Both the position numbers and the translations under genes were made by a program. Under the pieces are notes generated by a model. It saw nothing but the letters and a program-made list of their open reading frames with translations, did no database searches and was not told where the DNA came from. Shown piece by piece: positions 57,188 to 64,000 of a stretch of 64,000 nt of DNA. Position 1 is the first letter of the stretch. The number at the start of each line of letters is the position of its first letter. Source of the stretch: Candidatus Poseidoniaceae archaeon. Lineage in GTDB: Archaea; Thermoplasmatota; Poseidoniia; Poseidoniales; Poseidoniaceae. Where the stretch lies: positions 22,623 to 86,622 of the forward strand of contig CASIAP010000008.1 of assembly GCA_949372645.1 (NCBI GenBank), in the 5' to 3' direction.

Positions 57188-58228
57188 TCAAAAAGTGGCG
57201 AAAACACTCAAGATGCGTTGGATGTCTTCATCGGTAATGTGCAGGTGGACTACAATACGACAGGCATGAGGTTGAATGTCCATGACATCGATTCCGGAGA
57301 GGCGCAGTTGTTCCATCACTTGTGTAGCTGGAACTTCAGATTGGAAATAAACCATGTTGGTTTCTACCGTTTGCATATCGACTTCAAATCCTTCAATTTT
57401 ATCAATGGCTTCTGCCAATACTTTCGTTCTTCGATGGTCTTCTTCGAGACGGTCGATGTTGTGGTCAAGTGCGTGCAAGCATGCTGCTGCAAGAATGCCG
57501 GCCTGACGCATGCCGCCGCCGAACATCTTTCTCCAACGATGGGCACGTGCGATAAAGGCTGTAGAACCAACTAGAACCGAACCGACTGGCGCTCCTAACC
57601 CTTTGGAAAAACAAATAGAAATTGAATCATAATCTCGGACCATACGGGCAACTGGAGTGTTTGTAGCAACTGCAGCATTGAAAATTCTGGCACCATCCAT
57701 GTGTGTGGCACAATCGTTTTCCTTGGCGAGAGCTGCAATTGCATCGAGTGTTGCTTGAGGATAGCATGCACCTCCGCCTCTGTTGGAAGTATTCTCAACA
57801 CAAACCAGTGAACCATCTGGATAGTGAGAAAGAGAGCCTGCTTGTTTACGAATCGCTTGTTCGACGTCTTCAACTCGCATCAAACCACCATGCACATCAA
57901 CTAAAGCAATTGATGCACCACACAATGCTGCATAACCACCTCCTTCATAGAGGTAAATGTGACTGTTTTTAGCCGTGATTATTTCGTCACCAGGAGAGGT
58001 GTGTGCTCGAAGAGCAATTGCATTTGACATCGTTCCCGAGGGTACGAACAGTCCAGCCTCTTTGCCACACAATACGGCAAGGCGCTGTTCCAATTGAGTG
58101 ACTGTAGGGTCATCTCCAAGAACATCGTCTCCGACCTCTGCATGAATCATCGCTTCACGCATTGATGGAGTTGGTTGAGTAACTGTGTCTGAGCGAAGGT
58201 CGACTCGGTCCGAAGGGTAGTCACGCAT
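57188..58228 (-). CDS. ltaE: Low-specificity L-threonine aldolase
   Basis: DLRSDTVTQPT..MREAM at the N-terminus. PLP-lysine context FSKGLGAPVGS. Confidence 0.9.
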   Translation of the reverse strand: MRDYPSDRVDLRSDTVTQPTPSMREAMIHAEVGDDVLGDDPTVTQLEQRLAVLCGKEAGLFVPSGTMSNAIALRAHTSPGDEIITAKNSHIYLYEGGGYAALCGASIALVDVHGGLMRVEDVEQAIRKQAGSLSHYPDGSLVCVENTSNRGGGACYPQATLDAIAALAKENDCATHMDGARIFNAAVATNTPVARMVRDYDSISICFSKGLGAPVGSVLVGSTAFIARAHRWRKMFGGGMRQAGILAAACLHALDHNIDRLEEDHRRTKVLAEAIDKIEGFEVDMQTVETNMVYFQSEVPATQVMEQLRLSGIDVMDIQPHACRIVVHLHITDEDIQRILSVFATF

Positions 58229-58272
58229 ACCACTCGCAAAGCGCCTCTCTTCATCAATTCGATGGAGTGGTC

Positions 58273-58689
58273 TTAGAGTAATTTTAATTCACCAGTAATC
58301 TCTTCAAGAATTACATCCCTTTCTGGGCCAAGAGCCAGTACGGTAAGTGAACCGCTCGGAATTTGAGTATGTCCTGCATCATGGACGAGAGTTGTCAAAA
58401 TACCTGCTGATTTTGCTCGCTTTTCAAGATCGAGAAGATGTTCTGCATCATGTCCCTTGAGGCAGACTTTCTTTTGACCAGTCGCAAGCCATTGTTCAAG
58501 GTTCATCGGTTTTTCTACCCCTGACTTCATGGTAGCCATGACTGCCCCATGCCCTACTTGAGCTGCAATTTTCCCCTTTCCCATCTTCAACCCTTGATTC
58601 ACAACACAAACCATTTTACATGGCCCCTCCAGAGGTTTTCCGGAAGGGGCAGGTGCGGTTATTCGATGTAAAAATGAACGGAAACCCAT
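58273..58689 (-). CDS. pth2: Peptidyl-tRNA hydrolase, archaeal/eukaryotic Pth2 type (paralogue A)
   Basis: KMVCVVNQGLKMGKGKIAAQVGHGAV and DAGHTQIPSGSLTVLALGP. An alternative ATG at 58614 gives a canonical ~113-aa protein. Confidence 0.85.
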   Translation of the reverse strand: MGFRSFLHRITAPAPSGKPLEGPCKMVCVVNQGLKMGKGKIAAQVGHGAVMATMKSGVEKPMNLEQWLATGQKKVCLKGHDAEHLLDLEKRAKSAGILTTLVHDAGHTQIPSGSLTVLALGPERDVILEEITGELKLL

Positions 58690-58697
58690 ACGAACAC

Positions 58698-59066
58698 CTA
58701 GTAGGGCTTCAATTCCGAAACAAGTGCATCAATCGCTCGCCGTGGCGCAGGCCCAATACCGAGTACTGTCACCGTTCCTGGGGGGACCTCTGTATGACCG
58801 GCATCTTTCACGATATACGTGACCAGTCCGGCTGCTTGAGCTTGACCTGCAAGACGTTGTAAAGATGCCAAATCATCAACACGTAAGCAAATCTTACGAG
58901 CTCCAGCATTCTTCCACCGTTCAACCAAACGGGCATGTGTTTTCCGAGCATTCAATGTGCATGATACTGCAGCATGAGAGCATTGAACAGCAAGCTTGCC
59001 TGCTGACATTTTCAAATCGTGCCGTGCAATGAGGACCATTGAGGGTTCATCAGCCGTCGATACCAT
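58698..59066 (-). CDS. pth2: Peptidyl-tRNA hydrolase, Pth2 type (paralogue B)
   Basis: MVLIARHDLKMSAGKLAVQCSHAAV and DAGHTEVPPGTVTVLGIGP. It lies 8 nt upstream of paralogue A. Confidence 0.85.
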   Translation of the reverse strand: MVSTADEPSMVLIARHDLKMSAGKLAVQCSHAAVSCTLNARKTHARLVERWKNAGARKICLRVDDLASLQRLAGQAQAAGLVTYIVKDAGHTEVPPGTVTVLGIGPAPRRAIDALVSELKPY

Positions 59067-59721
59067 GGCTATTCACCACCGTAAATTCGATTTCTTCAAG
59101 ACTTGGCTCTTCCTCAAGCAGTCGGGTAAACCAGCCACCCAGCCAAATGGCAAAGGTCAAATTTCCAATCATGTGGAGGAAATCAAACGGTAGGCCATGC
59201 CCGAGATATACGATGAATTCAGTAAAACCGATGTTACCATCAAGAATCGAAAATGAAACAATGAAATCAAACCAAAAGGCAGCGAAAATTGAGGCCATGC
59301 ATGCCCGGCCAAGATTGAATCCTGTGGATGTAACAAGTGACAATCGAGAACCGGCAATTGCGATACTGGCCCATCCTGCTGCTTGGAAAACTGTCCACCA
59401 GCCATCACCCATAAAGAAATTAGAAATCATTGCGACAAGGACGGCGAATGCAGCACCGCGGCGTGCACCCAATTGTGCCCCTACTAAAAGTGCTGCAACT
59501 GTAACGGGTTGAACATTCGGAATTGGTTGCATTACCACTCGAATTAAAGAGACTGATAGTACCAAAGTCGCCATAAAGAGAGAATCGAAAATCGGTCGCT
59601 TGGTTGGCTTAGCCAATAACCAAAAAGCACAGCCAAGCAAAACAACATCCAGTAACACACTCGCAAGAGGTGAGAGAGCGGGGCCGTGTACGCCCATTGC
59701 TTGGAACATGAATCGACCCAA
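59050..59721 (-). CDS. Hypothetical ~6-TM membrane protein, ECF-transporter S-component-like
   Basis: 223 aa. Gly/Ala-rich helices PIPNVQPVTVAALLVGAQLGARRGAAFAVLVAMISNFFMGDGWW. The family assignment is tentative. Confidence 0.45.
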   Translation of the reverse strand: MGRFMFQAMGVHGPALSPLASVLLDVVLLGCAFWLLAKPTKRPIFDSLFMATLVLSVSLIRVVMQPIPNVQPVTVAALLVGAQLGARRGAAFAVLVAMISNFFMGDGWWTVFQAAGWASIAIAGSRLSLVTSTGFNLGRACMASIFAAFWFDFIVSFSILDGNIGFTEFIVYLGHGLPFDFLHMIGNLTFAIWLGGWFTRLLEEEPSLEEIEFTVVNSHGIDG

Positions 59722-59750
59722 GAGGGTTGATGATTTGAGGCTTACCTAAG

Positions 59751-61439
59751 TTATGCTGGCGTCCAACGAACTATTGAGGTTGCGCCGACTATGGAATTAT
59801 CTGCAGAAATGATACCTTTTGAGCCATCGACTGAGAATTCCCAACCTTTCCCTTCAATGCCATCAATCGATTCAACATACCAGCCAATTCCTGTCAAATC
59901 ACTGGTAAGTTCAATTTCTAATTCTTTGCAAGCCGCTTGCGTTAATGAGAATACATCATCATGGCCTACAAAACCTCCAATAGAATGTTCTACTCCATTG
60001 ATTTCAAATATGACAATTTGTGTACCGAGCCATTCGTCTGGCCACTGTTCATTCCATTCCTCAAGAGATGATTTTTCTGGAAACTGTTCATCAAAAGATT
60101 TCGACCATTGACTGGACAAATCGGGGAAAATGAGTAAGACCAAGATGAGAGCCAACAAACTTGAAGTGCGCAAAAACCACTCTCGTTTCCCACTTAGCAA
60201 AAAGGCACAGGATGAGCCTAGTAAGATGAATATCATAAAAATAAGTCCCTGTGTACCCCAGTCGAACTCTTCAAGAGAAGAGGTTTCCACTTCCTCAATA
60301 TTACTGAATACCCGTATGATTGATTGATCATTTCCGAAGACGGTAAAGGTCGTCAACCCAACTGAAAATTGAATTGGTGCAGCGGTGCCGTAACCATATA
60401 GGCCAACATCAATGGATGAATACGTCAAATTCTCTTGATCGTGAATGGAGAAAATGCCCCAGGTTGATTCTGGAAGGTTGGATGGAGCAAGAATCTGGCC
60501 GTCGTCAAACCAGGCAATTTCCCCATTGGTGTGGAATGGAGTCATATCAATAACATTGCATAGACTTGTGCAATGAAGCATTCGAAGATTCGAAGAATCT
60601 CCAGTCACGACATATTCGCCTCGCACACTCGGAATTGCAGGTGATGACCCCGCTGGAATTTGCTGTAAAAGAGTAGTATTTAATGGGTCAAAAACTGCAA
60701 TAGTACTACCAGCAACTGCCTGTGCATGGATGAGTATACCGGCCTGTGTCACCAAAGGTGCATGACGGATCTTTCCAAGTTGAAGAGCATGCGATGTCGC
60801 ATTACCTGTTCGATCGACATGCCAAAGATGGCCCAATTCATCTCCCACGAAATAACCGAGTTCATCAACAGTCACTCCATTTCTCCAACCCAATCCTGTT
60901 TCTGTCCACCATTGCTGTTGACCATCAGCCAGACAGTATTGGCCTACACCTTGCCGTGTTGGAATGACCACAAACTCCCCATCTAGAGCAAGTTGGCCGG
61001 TTACGCCCCAGCCGATGACCTCGGATTGTGTAGACCAAAGTACCGTACCGTTCGAAGGGGCGAGGGCTTCAACAAGGCCGCTGGTCCATCCAACCAAGAC
61101 CATATCTGGCCACGAACCACACTGGCCCTGACCTGCTTGAACAGAGAGAAGGGGTGACATGTCGTTATTGGTTGAGGCGATATTCGAGTGATGCCATATT
61201 GTATCTCCTGCGAGGTCAAATGCAGTCACTGCTGGCTCGTCATTCCCTGATGTTCGAACAAGAAGTTGTTCACCGGTAAACAAAGGTGATGTCGAAATAT
61301 AACCCGTTTGAAAGTCATACTCCCAGGAAAATGAATGCTCATCATCCCAAGCAGTAGCGGGTTCTTGAGCGGTAATTGCCGGTACAAGAAGGAGGGTGAC
61401 AAACAGCAACGCCATCAAGCGTCGAAACACAGAGATCAC
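59751..61439 (-). CDS. Surface protein: signal peptide, PQQ-like beta-propeller, two TM helices, C-terminal DUF4430 (transcobalamin-like) domain
   Basis: GTG start overlaps the gatE stop (GTGA). Signal MALLFVTLLLVPAITAQEP. W-rich propeller repeats GDTIWHH, GTVLWSTQ, GQQQWWTE. TM helices LIFMIFILLGSSCAFLL and LLALILVLLIFP. The C-terminal GWYVESIDGIEGKGWEFSVDG...SIVRW matches my memory of DUF4430. Confidence 0.6.
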   Translation of the reverse strand: MISVFRRLMALLFVTLLLVPAITAQEPATAWDDEHSFSWEYDFQTGYISTSPLFTGEQLLVRTSGNDEPAVTAFDLAGDTIWHHSNIASTNNDMSPLLSVQAGQGQCGSWPDMVLVGWTSGLVEALAPSNGTVLWSTQSEVIGWGVTGQLALDGEFVVIPTRQGVGQYCLADGQQQWWTETGLGWRNGVTVDELGYFVGDELGHLWHVDRTGNATSHALQLGKIRHAPLVTQAGILIHAQAVAGSTIAVFDPLNTTLLQQIPAGSSPAIPSVRGEYVVTGDSSNLRMLHCTSLCNVIDMTPFHTNGEIAWFDDGQILAPSNLPESTWGIFSIHDQENLTYSSIDVGLYGYGTAAPIQFSVGLTTFTVFGNDQSIIRVFSNIEEVETSSLEEFDWGTQGLIFMIFILLGSSCAFLLSGKREWFLRTSSLLALILVLLIFPDLSSQWSKSFDEQFPEKSSLEEWNEQWPDEWLGTQIVIFEINGVEHSIGGFVGHDDVFSLTQAACKELEIELTSDLTGIGWYVESIDGIEGKGWEFSVDGSKGIISADNSIVGATSIVRWTPA

Positions 61440-63511
61440 TCCGAAAACTTCTGTATCGCTTGTCGTAGAAGAGCGCTGACGACTTTACCATCTGCAGCAC
61501 CAACCGCTTGCATTACAACGCCCATCAAAGGACCCATTGCTGCCATACCGCGTTCTTTGACAAAGTCGGCCCGTTCGGCAACAATCCCTTCGATAACTGC
61601 TCCTAAATCTCCTTCGTCTGCAGGCTTGAAGCCGTTTGCTTCACCGTATTCAGCAATCAGTTCACTGGTTGGATTCAGTCCTTTGAAATGTTCAATGATT
61701 TCATTCATTGATTCACGGGTAATGAGGCCTGCTTCCTTGACTGCCATGACGTTAGCACAAAGTTCTGGGGCAGCTGTATCATTTTCCATCAAGACACTCG
61801 CCCAACCTTTGTGGGGTAATTGTGATGCGTATTCGACAAAAATGTCATCGAGTTCTCTTGCCAGTAATTGACTTGCCTGGTCATCAGAAATATCATATTC
61901 AGAAATACGTTCACGGCGTTTATCATCTGTCATTGGTAATGTATGAAGGGTTTCTTGCCATCGTTCAGGAGTGAGGCTGAAAACTGGAACGTCTGTCTCA
62001 GGATACATACGAGCGCCGCCCGGCAAGGGGCGCATGGGAGTGGTTGTTCCATCATCGGGAGCCCCTTTCTTGATTACAACATTTCGAACTTCTTGCGCGA
62101 TTCGGTGCCATGCTTTGCGCGCCCGGGTCAGTACACTTTCAAGTGCCAACTCAGCCTGCCATCGAGGAGCTAAACACAGGATGAAACCGTCACTTGAGTC
62201 AAGAGAGAGGTGAGCTCGAACTGCATCTACATGTTCGGCCTCAATCCCATATGCTGGTAATTCATCAGAATGGAATACGCCTTTGACACCTGCTAGTTTT
62301 GCAGCACCTGCTAATTCTCGACCAAGTCGAGGCATTTGAGCCCCTTCTTTATCTGAAGACTTTTCGCCGAACTTTCCTGCAAGACCTGGGAGAGGGAGTG
62401 CAAGCATGATGAAGTCTTGTTTCAAACCGGTTTGAACCATCTTTGAATCACAAGATGTGAAACATATGCTGACGTCTTCCAACACCAGCGGCAGGTGTTT
62501 CTCGACAGCTTGTGCAACTTCTGCTTCGAGTGTTGCATCATCACTTCTCCGATCTGGAGGAAGTGCTGGTAAGGAGAGGAGCGTACGCAACTCATTGGCA
62601 AGACGGTAAAAATGCAATTGACGAGCCATTTCGAGACGGATGATTCGAGGAATCCATGATAAATCCTGGCAACCTTTGATTTCAACACGGTCGCCACAGG
62701 CCAAAGAAACGTTGAGATCTTGACGAATGCTTCCAAGCCCTCTTCGAACTTTTCGAGTTTGACGCAAACATCGCCCAAGTGCCATCGAAGTTTCTTTTGC
62801 GTGTTCTGGAGTCTGAACATCAGGCGCTGTAGCAATCTCAATCAAAGGTAATCCTAAACGGTCTAAGTTGTAGATTACTTGTTCTCCATCACCTGTTGAG
62901 ATAGTATCGAGTTTACGCGCACTGTCTTCTTCAAGGCACAAAACATCAACGCCGACAGGGCCTGTTTCTGTTTGCAGAACGCCATCGGTTGAAACTAAAG
63001 AGGTGCGTTGAAAGCCACTTGTATTGGAACCATCGACGACGGTTTTTCTCATCGTTTGAAGGAGCGTAACTGGTTTTGCATCAAGCAGTGCAGAGACCGT
63101 CAAAGCGATGGAAACCGCATCTTCATCATGGGAAAGTGGAGGTTGTTCATCCAATTCGATCAGGCCGGAGTTTGGTGATTGGACATAGACAAAAGAACGA
63201 TTACGCCGTGTTTCAAATCGAGCGGCAATATCGATTGCACCCCCTTCACCCCGAGCCGCTCTCAAGCGGCGCTGGTAACGGTTCCATTGCTCTGGTACGG
63301 TGTCAATGGTGACATCAAAAAGGACTCCTGGTTGGCGTGAATGAAGCTTGCCTGTTGCAAGCTGTTGATGCACTTCAATACCACACATGAAGCCTAATTG
63401 TGACGGTTTAAGCGCAGTGGCATCCTCGACATCACCGATTGGCTCAGTGCGAATTGGGTCGGCCATATTATGCCGGAGCCGTTCATCCTTCAAGACTACA
63501 ACCCTCGACAC
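61436..63511 (-). CDS. gatE: Glutamyl-tRNA(Gln) amidotransferase subunit E
   Basis: FMCGIEVHQQL, a GatB/E core and a C-terminal YqeY-like domain. An alternative ATG start lies at 63466. Confidence 0.9.
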   Translation of the reverse strand: MSRVVVLKDERLRHNMADPIRTEPIGDVEDATALKPSQLGFMCGIEVHQQLATGKLHSRQPGVLFDVTIDTVPEQWNRYQRRLRAARGEGGAIDIAARFETRRNRSFVYVQSPNSGLIELDEQPPLSHDEDAVSIALTVSALLDAKPVTLLQTMRKTVVDGSNTSGFQRTSLVSTDGVLQTETGPVGVDVLCLEEDSARKLDTISTGDGEQVIYNLDRLGLPLIEIATAPDVQTPEHAKETSMALGRCLRQTRKVRRGLGSIRQDLNVSLACGDRVEIKGCQDLSWIPRIIRLEMARQLHFYRLANELRTLLSLPALPPDRRSDDATLEAEVAQAVEKHLPLVLEDVSICFTSCDSKMVQTGLKQDFIMLALPLPGLAGKFGEKSSDKEGAQMPRLGRELAGAAKLAGVKGVFHSDELPAYGIEAEHVDAVRAHLSLDSSDGFILCLAPRWQAELALESVLTRARKAWHRIAQEVRNVVIKKGAPDDGTTTPMRPLPGGARMYPETDVPVFSLTPERWQETLHTLPMTDDKRRERISEYDISDDQASQLLARELDDIFVEYASQLPHKGWASVLMENDTAAPELCANVMAVKEAGLITRESMNEIIEHFKGLNPTSELIAEYGEANGFKPADEGDLGAVIEGIVAERADFVKERGMAAMGPLMGVVMQAVGAADGKVVSALLRQAIQKFSE

Positions 63512-64000
63512 TCAAGCGATTTGTAAGGTATCGTAACCTGACGGACGAAGCATTCTTCCATGCTGACAGAGCTTATCAATGACGTCTTCTGCTGTTGCAC
63601 GGTCGATATCATAGCGTTCGGCTTCATTGAAGACATCCAATAGTTGGGCTACTCCGCCACCGTTTGCTGCCAAGGAAGCGACAATTTCCATAATGGCTTT
63701 CTCACGGTTTCGAGTCTTGCCTTTCTTCCCTGTTTGGAGGGTTGTCTCATCGAAGTTCCCACCCATGAGTTCTTCTCGCCAAAGACGAGTCATTCGTACA
63801 GCCCTTTGTGCGTCTTCAAGGGTAGCGACTTGAGACAGACGAATACGAGCGCTGGCTTCTGCTAAACGAGCTAGAGCCTCAAGAGAACGGGCTGTAATAG
63901 CAACGCTATCGTTCGAGTCCCCGATTTGTTTTCGGGTATCGACGTAAAAATTGACGATTGCATCACGTGCATCTTGTTCGAGGTGAGGGTGAACGGTTCG
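63512..64000 (-). CDS. mcm: MCM replicative helicase, C-terminal part (5' end outside the window)
   Basis: Manual translation of the minus strand from the window edge gives RTVHPHLEQDARDAIVNFYVDTRKQIGDSNDSVAITARSLEALARLAEASARIRLSQVATLEDAQRAVRM... It then continues into the listed 93-aa ORF, a winged-helix tail. This is the typical MCM AAA+ lid/WH pattern. Confidence 0.8.
   Translation of the reverse strand, partial: RTVHPHLEQDARDAIVNFYVDTRKQIGDSNDSVAITARSLEALARLAEASARIRLSQVATLEDAQRAVRMTRLWREELMGGNFDETTLQTGKKGKTRNREKAIMEIVASLAANGGGVAQLLDVFNEAERYDIDRATAEDVIDKLCQHGRMLRPSGYDTLQIA

Noticed and set aside
59039-61871. Plus-strand ORFs 59039-59512 (157 aa) and 61335-61871 (178 aa)
   Set aside because: They are antisense to the membrane protein and to the propeller/gatE genes. 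Their Ala/Pro/Ser/Arg-rich composition is typical of antisense frames.
1-64000. Scan for CRISPR arrays, IS elements, integrases, toxin-antitoxin pairs, rRNA or other structured RNAs
   Set aside because: I saw no regularly spaced direct repeats, transposase or integrase motifs, or rRNA-like sequence. All intergenic gaps are 226 nt or shorter. This scan was visual only, so short or degenerate elements could have been missed.

Overview
This is a very compact chromosomal segment of an archaeon, roughly 93-95% coding, with many 0-4 nt gaps, ATGA/GTGA stop-start overlaps and abutting convergent stops. Archaeal identity follows directly from RadA, a partial MCM at the right edge, GatE, two Pth2-type peptidyl-tRNA hydrolases, a Fap7-type kinase, a RaSEA-like radical-SAM protein and an initiator tRNA-Met with A1:U72. 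FtsZ, giant Thr/Asn/Asp-rich surface proteins and the streamlined spacing fit a marine planktonic Thermoplasmatota lineage such as Marine Group II; this is inference only. I call about 50 CDS and 1 tRNA. I saw no rRNA, CRISPR array, transposase, integrase or prophage genes. Housekeeping content includes icd, maeB, pabC plus a fused pabB-pabA, ltaE, pip, rlmH, a PduO-type adenosyltransferase, Nudix, a DHH phosphoesterase, OsmC, YchF, a CaCA exchanger, a CDP-alcohol phosphatidyltransferase and Psd. Items worth a second look: (1) a bacterial-style AddB->AddA helicase-nuclease pair (47246-56071) in which both nuclease domains carry a 1+3 cysteine set, and whose addB-like gene is split by a frameshift at a C5 run; (2) a polytopic membrane protein with two canonical C-terminal EF-hands, operonic with a 90-aa membrane protein (40268-42521); (3) a beta-propeller/DUF4430-like surface protein next to an S-component-like membrane protein, a possible cobalamin capture module (59050-61439); (4) a 1134-aa helical protein with an RGG patch and a C-terminal PIN nuclease (14228-17632); (5) tandem divergent Pth2 paralogues; (6) two giant type-I surface proteins (2765 aa and 1096 aa) with unusually long cytoplasmic tails; (7) a lipoprotein gene interrupted by a single in-frame TGA. 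All family assignments come from motifs read by eye and from memory; no searches were run.
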